DNA of 64,000 bases, taken from assembly GCA_964057225.1 (NCBI GenBank), contig OZ059900.1:20708001-20772000 (forward strand), given 5' to 3'. The DNA is from Auanema rhodensis. Taxonomy: Eukaryota > Animalia > Nematoda. A model generated the notes under the pieces. The model was given only the letters and a program-made list of their open reading frames with translations. It ran no database searches and was not told the DNA's origin. Position numbers and translations under genes: made by a program. Shown here piece by piece: positions 41,001-55,600 of the stretch; within the stretch, counting starts at the first letter, position 1; every line of letters begins with the position of its first letter.

Positions 41001-44000
41001 TTTGTTCATATGAGTCGTCAAATGCAACGAATTTCAGCGTGTTACATACTAAAATGAAGCATTTTACATGCTGAACACTAGAAAAATACAAAAACACAGT
41101 ATTTCCCATGAGAAATATTTTATTATGCTGGAAAACCAGTTTTTGGAAATTTCGCTGTAAACAAGGTTTTGACTTACGATTTCATGTGTTCAAACTCATG
41201 CAATGTCAATGAAACCTAGCTCAAAATTGTTCCTACAACGTCTAGTTCCACTTTCACGACAAAAAAACAGGGGTTAGAAAATTAAGGAAATTAGCATATT
41301 CTGAGGGCACGCCTCTTATGGCTAATATTGATTAAATCGATTTTTGTTCATATGAGTCGTCAAATGCAACGAATTTCAGCGTGTTACATACTAAAATGAA
41401 GCATTTTACATGCTGAACACTAGAAAAATACAAAAACACAGTATTTCCCATGAGAAATATTTTATTATGCTGGAAAACCAGTTTTTGGAAATTTCGCTGT
41501 AAACAAGTTTTTGACTTACGATTTCATGTGTTCAAACTCATGCAATGTCAATGAAACCTAGCTCAAAATTGTTCCTACAACGTCTAGTTCCACTTTCACG
41601 ACAAAAAAACAGGGGTTAGAAAATTAAGGAAATTAGCATATTCTGAGGGCACGCCTCTTATGGCTAATATTGATTAAATCGATTTTTGTTCATATGAGTC
41701 GTCAAATGCAACGAATTTCAGCGTGTTACATACTAAAATGAAGCATTTTACATGCTGAACACTATAAAATTACAAAAACACAGTATTTCCCATGAGAAAT
41801 ATTTTATTATGCTGGAAAACCAGTTTTTGGAATTTTCGCTGTAAACAAGGTTTTGACTTACGATTTCATGTGTTCAAACTCATGCAATGTCAATGAAACC
41901 TAGCTCAAAATTGTTCGTACAACGTCTAGTTCCACTTTCACGACAAAAAAACAGGGGTTAGAAAATTAAGGAAATTAGCATATTCTGAGGGCACGCCCCT
42001 TATGGCTAATATTGATTAAATCGATTTTTGTTCATATGAGTCGTCAAATGCAACGAATTTCAGCGTGTTACATACTAAAATGAAGCATTTTACATGCTGA
42101 ACACTAGAAAAATACAAAAACACAGTATTTCCCATGAGAAATATTTTATTATGCTGGAAAACCAGTTTTTGGAAATTTCGCTGTAAACAAGGTTTTGACT
42201 TACGATTTCATGTGTTCAAACTCATGCAATGTCAATGAAACCTAGCTCAAAATTGTTCCTACAACGTCTAGTTCCACTTTCACGACAAAAAAACAGGGGT
42301 TAGAAAATTAAGGAAATTAGCATATTCTGAGGGCACGCCTCTTATGGCTAATATTGATTAAATCGATTTTTGTTCATATGAGTCGTCAAATGCAACGAAT
42401 TTCAGCGTGTTACATACTAAAATGAAGCATTTTACATGCTGAACACTAGAAAAATACAAAAACACAGTATTTCCCATGAGAAATATTTTATTATGCTGGA
42501 AAACCAGTTTTTGGAAATTTCGCTGTAAACAAGGTTTTGACTTACGATTTCATGTGTTCAAACTCATGCAATGTCAATGAAACCTAGCTCAAAACTGTTC
42601 CTACAACGTCTAGTTCCACTTTCACGACAAAAAAACAGGGGTTAGAAAATTAAGGAAATTAGCATATTCTGAGGGCACGCCCCTTATGGCTAATATTGAT
42701 TAAATCGATTTTTGTTCATATGAGTCGTCAAATGCAACGAATTTCAGCGTGTTACATACTAAAATGAAGCATTTTACATGCTGAACACTATAAAAATACA
42801 AAAACACAGTATTTCCCATGAGAAATATTTTATTATGCTGGAAAACCAGTTTTTGGAAATTTCGCTGTAAACAAGGTTTTGACTTACGATTTCATGTGTT
42901 CAAACTCATGCAATGTCAATGAAACCTAGCTCAAAATTGTTCCTACAACGTCTAATTCCACTTTCACGACAAAAAAACAGGGGTTAGAAAATTAAGGAAA
43001 TTAGCATATTCTGAGGGCTTATGGCTAATATTGATTAAATCGATTTTTGTTCATATGAGTCGTCAAATGCAACGAATTTCAGCGTGTTACATACTAAAAT
43101 GAAGCATTTTACATGCTGAACACTATAAAAATACAAAAACACAGTATTTCCCATGAGAAATATTTTATTATGCTGGAAAACCAGTTTTTGGAAATTTCGC
43201 TGTAAACAAGGTTTTGACTTACGATTTCATGTGTTCAAACTCATGCAATGTCAATGAAACCTAGCTCAAAATTGTTCCTACAACGTCTAGTTCCACTTTC
43301 ACGACAAAAAACAGGGGTTAGAAAATTAAGGAAATTAGCATATTCTGAGGGCACGCCCCTTATGGCTAATATTGATTAAATCGATTTTTGTTCATATGAG
43401 TCGTCAAATGCAACGAATTTCAGCGTGTTACATACTAAAATGAAGCATTTTACATGCTGAACACTAGAAAAATACAAAAACACAGTATTTCTCATGAGAA
43501 ATATTTTATTATGCTGGAAAACCAGTTTTTGGAAATTTCGCTGTAAACAAGGTTTTGATTTACGATTTCATGTGTTCAAACTCATGCAATGTCAATGAAA
43601 CCTAGCTCAAAATTGTTTGTACAACGTCTAGTTCCACTTTCACGACAAAAAAACAGGGGTTAGAAAATTAAGGAAATTAGCATATTCTGAGGGCACGCCC
43701 CTTATGGCTAATATTGATTAAATCGATTTTTGTTCATATGAGTCGTCAAATGCAACGAATTTCAGCGTGTTACATACAATGAAGCATTTCACATGCTGAA
43801 CACTAGAAAAATACAAAAACACAGTATTTCCCATGAGAAATATTTTATTATGCTGGAAAACCAGTTTTTGGAAATTTCGCTGTAAACAAGTTTTTGACTT
43901 ACGATTTCATGTGTTCAAACTCATGCAATGTCAATGAAACCTAGCTCAAAATTGTTCCTACAACGTCTAGTTCCACTTTCACGACAAAAAAACAGGGGTT

Positions 44001-47000
44001 AGAAAATTAAGGAAATTAGCATATTCTGAGGGCACGCCTCTTATGGCTAATATTGATTAAATCGATTTTTGTTCATATGAGTCGTCAAATGCAACGAATT
44101 TCAGCGTGTTACATACTAAAATGAAGCATTTTACATGCTGAACACTATAAAATTACAAAAACACAGTATTTCCCATGAGAAATATTTTATTATGCTGGAA
44201 AACCAGTTTTTGGAAAGTTCGCTGTAAATAAGGTTTTGACTTACGATTTCATGTGTTCAAACTCATGCAATGTCAATGAAACCTAGCTCAAAATTGTTCC
44301 TACAACGTCTAGTTCCACTTTCACGACAAAAAACAGGGGTTAGAAAATTAAGGAAATTAGCATATTCTGAGGGCACGCCCCTTATGGATAATATTGATTA
44401 AATCGATTTTTGTTCATATGAGTCGTCAAATGCAACGAATTTCAGCGTGTTACATACTAAAATGAAGCATTTTACATGCTGAACACTAGAAAAATACAAA
44501 AACACAGTATTTCCCATGAGAAATATTTTATTATGCTGGAAAACCAGTTTTTGGAAATTTCGCTGTAAACAAGGTTTTGACTTACGATTTCATGTGTTCA
44601 AACTCATGCAATGTCAATGAAACCTAGCTCAAAATTGTTCCTACAACGTCTAGTTCCACTTTCACGACAAAAAAACAGGGGTTAGAAAATTAAGGAAATT
44701 AGCATATTCTGAGGGCACGCCCCTTATGGCTAATATTGATTAAATCGATTTTTGTTCATATGAGTCGTCAAATGCAACGAATTTCAGCGTGTTACATACT
44801 AAAATGAAGCATTTCACATGCTGAACACTAGAAAAATACAAAAACACAGTATTTCCCATGAGAAATATTTTATTATGCTGGAAAACCAGTTTTTGGAAAT
44901 TTCGCTGTAAACAAGTTTTTGACTTACGATTTCATGTGTTCAAACTCATGCAATGTCAATGAAACCTAGCTCAAAACTGTTCCTACAACGTCTAGTTCCA
45001 CTTTCACGACAAAAAAACAGGGGTTAGAAAATTAAGGAAATTAGCATATTCTGAGGGCACGCCTCTTATGGCTAATATTGATTAAATCGATTTTTGTTCA
45101 TATGAGTCGTCAAATGCAACGAATTTCAGCGTGTTACATACTAAAATGAAGCATTTTACATGCTGAACACTACAAAATTACAAAAACACAGTATTTCCCA
45201 TGAGAAATATTTTATTATGCTGGAAAACCAGTTTTTGGAAATTTCGCTGTAAACAAGGTTTTGACTTACGATTTCATGTGTTCAAACTCATGCAATGTCA
45301 ATGAAACCTAGCTCAAAATTATTCCTACAACGTCTAGTTCCACTTTCACGACAAAAAACAGGGGTTAGAAAATTAAGGAAATTAGCATATTCTGAGGGCA
45401 CGCCCCTTATGGCTAATATTGATTAAATCGATTTTTGTTCATATGAGTCGTCAAATGCAACGAATTTCAGCGTGTTACATACTAAAATGAAGCATTTTAC
45501 ATGCTGAACACTAGAAAAATACAAAAACACAGTATTTCCCATGAGAAATATTTTATTATGCTGGAAAACCAGTTTTTGGAAATTTCGCTGTAAACAAGGT
45601 TTTGACTTACGATTTCATGTGTTCAAACTCATGCAATGTCAATGAAACCTAGCTCAAAATTGTTCCTACAACGTCTAGTTCCACATTCACGACAAAAAAA
45701 CAGGGGTTAGAAAATTAAGGAAATTAGCATATTCTGAGGGCACGCCCCTTATGGCTAATATTGATTAAATCGATTTTTGTTCATATGAGTCGTCAAATGC
45801 AACGAATTTCAGCGTGTTACATACTAAAATGAAGCATTTCACATGCTGAACACTAGAAAAATACAAAAACACAGTATTTCCCATGAGAAATATTTTATTA
45901 TGCTGGAAAACCAGTTTTTGGAAATTTCGCTGTAAACAAGTTTTTGACTTACGATTTCATGTGTTCAAACTCATGCAATGTCAATGAAACCTAGCTCAAA
46001 ACTGTTCCTACAACGTCTAGTTCCACTTTCACGACAAAAAAACAGGGGTTAGAAAATTAAGGAAATTAGCATATTCTGAGGGCACGCCTCTTATGGCTAA
46101 TATTGATTAAATCGATTTTTGTTCATATGAGTCGTCAAATGCAACGAATTTCAGCGTGTTACATACTAAAATGAAGCATTTTACATGCTGAACACTATAA
46201 AATTACAAAAACACAGTATTTCCCATGAGAAATATTTTATTATGCTGGAAAACCAGTTTTTGGAAATTTCGCTGTAAACAAGGTTTTGACTTACGATTTC
46301 ATGTGTTCAAACTCATGCAATGTCAATGAAACCTAGCTCAAAATTGTTCCTACAACGTCTAGTTCCACTTTCACGACAAAAAACAGGGGTTAGAAAATTA
46401 AGGAAATTAGCATATTCTGAGGGCACGCCCCTTATGGCTAATATTGATTAAATCGATTTTTGTTCATATGAGTCGTCAAATGCAACGAATTTCAGCGTGT
46501 TACATACTAAAATGAAGCATTTTACATGCTGAACACTATAAAATTACAAAAACACAGTATTTCCCATGAGAAATATTTTATTATGCTGGAAAACCAGTTT
46601 TTGGAAATTTCGCTGTAAACAAGGTTTTGACTTACGATTTCATGTGTTCAAACTCATGCAATGTCAATGAAACCTAGCTCAAAATTGTTCCTACAACGTC
46701 TAGTTCCACTTTCACGACAAAAAAACAGGGGTTAGAAAATTAAGGAAATTAGCATATTCTGAGGGCACGCCCCTTATGGCTAATATTGATTAAATCGATT
46801 TTTGTTCATATGAGTCGTCAAATGCAACGAATTTCAGCGTGGTACATACTAAAATGAAGCATTTTACATGCTGAACACTATAAAAATACAAAAACACAGT
46901 ATTTCCCATGAGAAATATTTTATTATGCTGGAAAACCAGTTTTTGGAAATTTCGCTGTAAACAAGGATTTGACTTACGATTTCATGTGTTCAAACTCATG

Positions 47001-48700
47001 CAATGTCAATGAAACCTAGCTCAAAATTGTTCCTACAACGTCTAGTTCCACTTTCACGACAAAAAACAGGGGTTAGAAAATTAAGGAAATTAGCATATTC
47101 TGAGGGCACGCCCCTTATGGCTAATATTGATTAAATCGATTTTTGTTCATATGAGTCGTCAAATGCAACGAATTTCAGCGTGTTACATACTAAAATGAAG
47201 CATTTTACATGCTGAACACTAGAAAAATACAAAAACACAGTATTTCTCATGAGAAATATTTTATTATGCTGGAAAACCAGTTTTTGGAAATTTCGCTGTA
47301 AACAAGGTTTTGATTTACGATTTCATGTGTTCAAACTCATGCAATGTCAATGAAACCTAGCTCAAAATTGTTTGTACAACGTCTAGTTCCACTTTCACGA
47401 CAAAAAAACAGGGGTTAGAAAATTAAGGAAATTAGCATATTCTGAGGGCACGCCCCTTATGGCTAATATTGATTAAATCGATTTTTGTTCATATGAGTCG
47501 TCAAATGCAACGAATTTCAGCGTGTTACATACTAAAATGAAGCATTTTACATGCTGAACACTAGAAAAATACAAAAACACAGTATTTCCCATGAGAAATA
47601 TTTTATTATGCTGGAAAACCAGTTTTTGGAAATTTCGCTGTAAACAAGGTTTTGACTTACGATTTCATGTGTTCAAACTCATGCAATGTCAATGAAACCT
47701 AGCTCAAAATTGTTCCTACAACGTCTAGTTCCACTTTCACGACAAAAAAACAGGGGTTAGAAAATTAAGGAAATTAGCATATTCTGAGGGCACGCCCCTT
47801 ATGGCTAATATTGATTAAATCGATTTTTGTTCATATGAGTCGTCAAATGCAACGAATTTCAGCGTGTTACATACAATGAAGCATTTCACATGCTGAACAC
47901 TAGAAAAATACAAAAACACAGTATTTCCCATGAGAAATATTTTATTATGCTGGAAAACCAGTTTTTGGAAATTTCGCTGTAAACAAGTTTTTGACTTACG
48001 ATTTCATGTGTTCAAACTCATGCAATGTCAATGAAACCTAGCTCAAAATTGTTCCTACAACGTCTAGTTCCACTTTCACGACAAAAAAACAGGGGTTAGA
48101 AAATTAAGGAAATTAGCATATTCTGAGGGCACGCCCCTTATGGCTAATATTGATTAAATCGATTTTTGTTCATATGAGTCGTCAAATGCAACGAATTTCA
48201 GCGTGTTACATACAATGAAGCATTTCACATGCTGAACACTAGAAAAATACAAAAACACAGTATTTCCCATGAGAAATATTTTATTATGCTGGAAAACCAG
48301 TTTTTGGAAATTTCGCTGTAAACAAGTTTTTGACTTACGATTTCATGTGTTCAAACTCATGCAATGTCAATGAAACCTAGCTCAAAATTGTTCCTACAAC
48401 GTCTAGTTCCACTTTCACGACAAAAAAACAGGGGTTAGAAAATTAAGGAAATTAGCATATTCTGAGGGCACGCCTCTTATGGCTAATATTGATTAAATCG
48501 ATTTTTGTTCATATGAGTCGTCAAATGCAACGAATTTCAGCGTGTTACATACTAAAATGAAGCATTTTACATGCTGAACACTATAAAATTACAAAAACAC
48601 AGTATTTCCCATGAGAAATATTTTATTATGCTGGAAAACCAGTTTTTGGAAATTTCGCTGTAAACAAGGTTTTGACTTACGATTTCATGTGTTCAAACTC
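35050..48700 (-). repeat. Domain of 5/6-mer-based higher-order repeats marked by a 3-bp deletion monomer
   Basis: TTTTGATTTACG at 36061, 37760, 39808, 43559 and 47314. CATACAATGAAG (3-bp deletion) at ~36620, 38320, 40368, 43777, 47874 and 48213. Confidence 0.85.
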
Positions 48701-51700
48701 ATGCAATGTCAATGAAACCTAGCTCAAAATTGTTCCTACAACGTCTAGTTCCACTTTCACGACAAAAAAACAGGGGTTAGAAAATTAAGGAAATTAGCAT
48801 ATTCTGAGGGCACGCCCGTTATGGCTAATATTGATTAAATCGATTTTTGTTCATATGAGTCGTCAAATGAAACGAATTTCAGCGTGTTACATACTAAAAT
48901 GAAGCATTTTACATGCTGAACACTATAAAAATACAAAAACACAGTATTTCCCATGAGAAATATTTTATTATGCTGGAAAACCAGTTTTTGGAAAGTTCGC
49001 TGTAAATAAGGTTTTGACATACGATTTCATGTGTTCAAACTCATGCAATGTCAATGAAACCTAGCTCAAAATTGTTCGTACAACGTCTAGTTCCACTTTC
49101 ACGACAAAAAAACAGGGGTTAGAAAATTAAGGAAATTAGCATATTCTGAGGGCACGCCCCTTATGGCTAGTATTGATTAAATCGATTTTTGTTCATATGA
49201 GTCGTCAAATGCAACGAATTTCAGCGTGTTACATACTAAAATGAAGCATTTCACATGCTGAACACTAGAAAAATACAAAAACACAGTATTTCCCATGAGA
49301 AATATTTTATTATGCTGGAAAACCAGTTTTTGGAAATTTCGCTGTAAACAAGGTTTTGACTTACGATTTCATGTGTTCAAACTCATGCAATGTCAATGAA
49401 ACCTAGCTCAAAATTGTTCCTACAACGTCTAGTTCCACTTTCACGACAAAAAACAGGGGTTAGAAAATTAAGGAAATTAGCATATTCTGAGGGCACGCCC
49501 CTTATGGCTAATATTGATTAAATCGATTTTTGTTCATATGAGTCGTCAAATGCAACGAATTTCAGCGTGTTACATACTAAAATGAAGCATTTTACATGCT
49601 GAACACTAGAAAAATACAAAAACACAGTATTTCCCATGAGAAATATTTTATTATGCTGGAAAACCAGTTTTTGGAAATTTCGCTGTAAACAAGGTTTTGA
49701 CTTACGATTTCATGTGTTCAAACTCATGCAATGTCAATGAAACCTAGCTCAAAATTGTTCCTACAACGTCTAGTTCCACTTTCACGACAAAAAAACAGGG
49801 GTTAGAAAATTAAGGAAATTAGCATATTCTGAGGGCACGCCCCTTATGGCTAATATTGATTAAATCGATTTTTGTTCATATGAGTCGTCAAATGCAACGA
49901 ATTTCAGCGTGTTACATACAATGAAGCATTTCACATGCTGAACACTAGAAAAATACAAAAACACAGTATTTCCCATGAGAAATATTTTATTATGCTGGAA
50001 AACCAGTTTTTGGAAATTTCGCTGTAAACAAGTTTTTGACTTACGATTTCATGTGTTCAAACTCATGCAATGTCAATGAAACCTAGCTCAAAATTGTTCC
50101 TACAACGTCTAGTTCCACTTTCACGACAAAAAAACAGGGGTTAGAAAATTAAGGAAATTAGCATATTCTGAGGGCACGCCTCTTATGGCTAATATTGATT
50201 AAATCGATTTTTGTTCATATGAGTCGTCAAATGCAACGAATTTCAGCGTGTTACATACTAAAATGAAGCATTTTACATGCTGAACACTATAAAATTACAA
50301 AAACACAGTATTTCCCATGAGAAATATTTTATTATGCTGGAAAACCAGTTTTTGGAAATTTCGCTGTAAACAAGGTTTTGACTTACGATTTCATGTGTTC
50401 AAACTCATGCAATGTCAATGAAACCTAGCTCAAAATTGTTCCTACAACGTCTAGTTCCACTTTCACGACAAAAAAACAGGGGTTAGAAAATTAAGGAAAT
50501 TAGCATATTCTGAGGGCACGCCCGTTATGGCTAATATTGATTAAATCGATTTTTGTTCATATGAGTCGTCAAATGAAACGAATTTCAGCGTGTAACATAC
50601 TAAAATGAAGCATTTTACATGCTGAACACTATAAAAATACAAAAACACAGTATTTCCCATGAGAAATATTTTATTATGCTGGAAAACCAGTTTTTGGAAA
50701 GTTCGCTGTAAATAAGGTTTTGACATACGATTTCATGTGTTCAAACTCATGCAATGTCAATGAAACCTAGCTCAAAATTGTTCGTACAACGTCTAGTTCC
50801 ACTTTCACGACAAAAAAACAGGGGTTAGAAAATTAAGGAAATTAGCATATTCTGAGGGCACGCCCCTTATGGCTAGTATTGATTAAATCGATTTTTGTTC
50901 ATATGAGTCGTCAAATGCAACGAATTTCAGCGTGTTACATACTAAAATGAAGCATTTCACATGCTGAACACTAGAAAAATACAAAAACACAGTATTTCCC
51001 ATGAGAAATATTTTATTATGCTGGAAAACCAGTTTTTGGAAATTTCGCTGTAAACAAGGTTTTGACTTACGATTTCATGTGTTCAAACTCATGCAATGTC
51101 AATGAAACCTAGCTCAAAATTGTTCCTACAACGTCTAGTTCCACTTTCACGACAAAAAACAGGGGTTAGAAAATTAAGGAAATTAGCATATTCTGAGGGC
51201 ACGCCCCTTATGGCTAATATTGATTAAATCGATTTTTGTTCATATGAGTCGTCAAATGCAACGAATTTCAGCGTGTTACATACTAAAATGAAGCATTTTA
51301 CATGCTGAACACTAGAAAAATACAAAAACACAGTATTTCCCATGAGAAATATTTTATTATGCTGGAAAACCAGTTTTTGGAAATTTCGCTGTAAACAAGG
51401 TTTAGACTTACGATTTCATGTGTTCAAACTCATGCAATGTCAATGAAACCTAGCTCAAAATTGTTCCTACAACGTCTAGTTCCACTTTCACGACAAAAAA
51501 ACAGGGGTTAGAAAATTAAGGAAATTAGCATATTCTGAGGGCACGCCCCTTATGGCTAATATTGATTAAATCGATTTTTGTTCATATGAGTCGTCAAATG
51601 CAACGAATTTCAGCGTGTTACATACAATGAAGCATTTCACATGCTGAACACTAGAAAAATACAAAAACACAGTATTTCCCATGAGAAATATTTTATTATG

Positions 51701-54700
51701 CTGGAAAACCAGTTTTTGGAAATTTCGCTGTAAACAAGTTTTTGACTTACGATTTCATGTGTTCAAACTCATGCAATGTCAATGAAACCTAGCTCAAAAT
51801 TGTTCCTACAACGTCTAGTTCCACTTTCACGACAAAAAAACAGGGGTTAGAAAATTAAGGAAATTAGCATATTCTGAGGGCACGCCTCTTATGGCTAATA
51901 TTGATTAAATCGATTTTTGTTCATATGAGTCGTCAAATGCAACGAATTTCAGCGTGTTACATACTAAAATGAAGCATTTTACATGCTGAACACTATAAAA
52001 TTACAAAAACACAGTATTTCCCATGAGAAATATTTTATTATGCTGGAAAACCAGTTTTTGGAAATTTCGCTGTAAACAAGGTTTTGACTTACGATTTCAT
52101 GTGTTCAAACTCATGCAATGTCAATGAAACCTAGCTCAAAATTGTTCCTACAACGTCTAGTTCCACTTTCACGACAAAAAACAGGGGTTAGAAAATTAAG
52201 GAAATTAGCATATTCTGAGGGCACGCCCCTTATGGCTAATATTGATTAAATCGATTTTTGTTCATATGAGTCGTCAAATGCAACGAATTTCAGCGTGTTA
52301 CATACTAAAATGAAGCATTTTACATGCTGAACACTAGAAAAATACAAAAACACAGTATTTCCCATGAGAAATATTTTATTATGCTGGAAAACCAGTTTTT
52401 GGAAATTTCGCTGTAAACAAGGTTTTGACTTACGATTTCATGTGTTCAAACTCATGCAATGTCAATGAAACCTAGCTCAAAATTGTTCCTACAACGTCTA
52501 GTTCCACTTTCACGACAAAAAAACAGGGGTTAGAAAATTAAGGAAATTAGCATATTCTGAGGGCACGCCCCTTTGGGCAATATTGATTAAATCGATTTTT
52601 GTTCATATGAGTCGTCAAATGCAACGAATTTCAGCGTGTTACATACTAAAATGAAGCATTTCACATGCTGAACACTAGAAAAATACAAAAACACAGTATT
52701 TCCCATGAGAAATATTTTATTATGCTGGAAAACCAGTTTTTGGAAATTTCGCTGTAAACAAGGTTTTGACTTACGATTTCATGTGTTCAAACTCATGCAA
52801 TGTCAATGAAACCTAGCTCAAAATTGTTCCTACAACGTCTAGTTCCACTTTCACGACAAAAAAACAGGGGTTAGAAAATTAAGGAAATTAGCATATTCTG
52901 AGGGCACGCCCGTTATGGCTAATATTGATTAAATCGATTTTTGTTCATATGAGTCGTCAAATGAAACGAATTTCAGCGTGTTACATACTAAAATGAAGCA
53001 TTTTACATGCTGAACACTATAAAAATACAAAAACACAGTATTTCCCATGAGAAATATTTTATTATGCTGGAAAACCAGTTTTTGGAAAGTTCGCTGTAAA
53101 TAAGGTTTTGACATACGATTTCATGTGTTCAAACTCATGCAATGTCAATGAAACCTAGCTCAAAATTGTTCGTACAACGTCTAGTTCCACTTTCACGACA
53201 AAAAAACAGGGGTTAGAAAATTAAGGAAATTAGCATATTCTGAGGGCACGCCCCTTATGGCTAGTATTGATTAAATCGATTTTTGTTCATATGAGTCGTC
53301 AAATGCAACGAATTTCAGCGTGTTACATACTAAAATGAAGCATTTCACATGCTGAACACTAGAAAAATACAAAAACACAGTATTTCCCATGAGAAATATT
53401 TTATTATGCTGGAAAACCAGTTTTTGGAAATTTCGCTGTAAACAAGGTTTTGACTTACGATTTCATGTGTTCAAACTCATGCAATGTCAATGAAACCTAG
53501 CTCAAAATTGTTCCTACAACGTCTAGTTCCACTTTCACGACAAAAAACAGGGGTTAGAAAATTAAGGAAATTAGCATATTCTGAGGGCACGCCCCTTATG
53601 GCTAATATTGATTAAATCGATTTTTGTTCATATGAGTCGTCAAATGCAACGAATTTCAGCGTGTTACATACTAAAATGAAGCATTTTACATGCTGAACAC
53701 TAGAAAAATACAAAAACACAGTATTTCCCATGAGAAATATTTTATTATGCTGGAAAACCAGTTTTTGGAAATTTCGCTGTAAACAAGGTTTAGACTTACG
53801 ATTTCATGTGTTCAAACTCATGCAATGTCAATGAAACCTAGCTCAAAATTGTTCCTACAACGTCTAGTTCCACTTTCACGACAAAAAAACAGGGGTTAGA
53901 AAATTAAGGAAATTAGCATATTCTGAGGGCACGCCCCTTATGGCTAATATTGATTAAATCGATTTTTGTTCATATGAGTCGTCAAATGCAACGAATTTCA
54001 GCGTGTTACATACAATGAAGCATTTCACATGCTGAACACTAGAAAAATACAAAAACACAGTATTTCCCATGAGAAATATTTTATTATGCTGGAAAACCAG
54101 TTTTTGGAAATTTCGCTGTAAACAAGTTTTTGACTTACGATTTCATGTGTTCAAACTCATGCAATGTCAATGAAACCTAGCTCAAAATTGTTCCTACAAC
54201 GTCTAGTTCCACTTTCACGACAAAAAAACAGGGGTTAGAAAATTAAGGAAATTAGCATATTCTGAGGGCACGCCTCTTATGGCTAATATTGATTAAATCG
54301 ATTTTTGTTCATATGAGTCGTCAAATGCAACGAATTTCAGCGTGTTACATACTAAAATGAAGCATTTTACATGCTGAACACTATAAAATTACAAAAACAC
54401 AGTATTTCCCATGAGAAATATTTTATTATGCTGGAAAACCAGTTTTTGGAAATTTCGCTGTAAACAAGGTTTTGACTTACGATTTCATGTGTTCAAACTC
54501 ATGCAATGTCAATGAAACCTAGCTCAAAATTGTTCCTACAACGTCTAGTTCCACTTTCACGACAAAAAACAGGGGTTAGAAAATTAAGGAAATTAGCATA
54601 TTCTGAGGGCACGCCCCTTATGGCTAATATTGATTAAATCGATTTTTGTTCATATGAGTCGTCAAATGCAACGAATTTCAGCGTGTTACATACTAAAATG

Positions 54701-55600
54701 AAGCATTTTACATGCTGAACACTAGAAAAATACAAAAACACAGTATTTCCCATGAGAAATATTTTATTATGCTGGAAAACCAGTTTTTGGAAATTTCGCT
54801 GTAAACAAGGTTTTGACTTACAATTTCATGTGTTCAAACTCATGCAATGTCAATGAAACCTAGCTCAAAATTGTTCCTACAACGTCTAATTCCACTTTCA
54901 CGACAAAAAAACAGGGGTTAGAAAATTAAGGAAATTAGCATATTCTGAGGGCACGCCCCTTATGGCTAATATTGATTAAATCGATTTTTGTTCATATGAG
55001 TCGTGAAATGCAACGAATTTCAGCGTGTTACATACTAAAATGAAGCATTTTACATGCTGAACACTAGAAAAATACAAAAACACAGTATTTCCCATGAGAA
55101 ATATTTTATTATGCTGGAAAACCAGTTTTTGGAAATTTCGCTGTAAACAAGGTTTTGACTTACGATTTCATGTGTTCAAACTCATGCAATGTCAATGAAA
55201 CCTAGCTCAAAATTGTTCCTACAACGTCTAGTTCCACTTTCACGACAAAAAAACAGGGGTTAGAAAATTAAGGAAATTAGCATATTCTGAGGGCACGCCC
55301 CTTTGGGCAATATTGATTAAATCGATTTTTGTTCATATGAGTCGTCAAATGCAACGAATTTCAGCGTGTTACATACTAAAATGAAGCATTTCACATGCTG
55401 AACACTAGAAAAATACAAAAACACAGTATTTCCCATGAGAAATATTTTATTATGCTGGAAAACCAGTTTTTGGAAATTTCGCTGTAAACAAGGTTTTGAC
55501 TTACGATTTCATGTGTTCAAACTCATGCAATGTCAATGAAACCTAGCTCAAAATTGTTCCTACAACGTCTAGTTCCACTTTCACGACAAAAAAACAGGGG
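48100..55600 (-). repeat. Domain with a three-copy cassette (spacings 1706 and 2388 bp; 5-mer and 7-mer)
   Basis: A monomer with CCCGTT, ATGAAACG, GAAAGTTC, TAAATAAG and GACATACG, followed by a GGCTAGT monomer, occurs three times (ORF starts 48835, 50541, 52929). Confidence 0.88.

Noticed and set aside
48835-53114. Three 61-aa ORFs
   Set aside because: A point variant creates an upstream ATG in three copies of one monomer type. There is no evidence of coding function.
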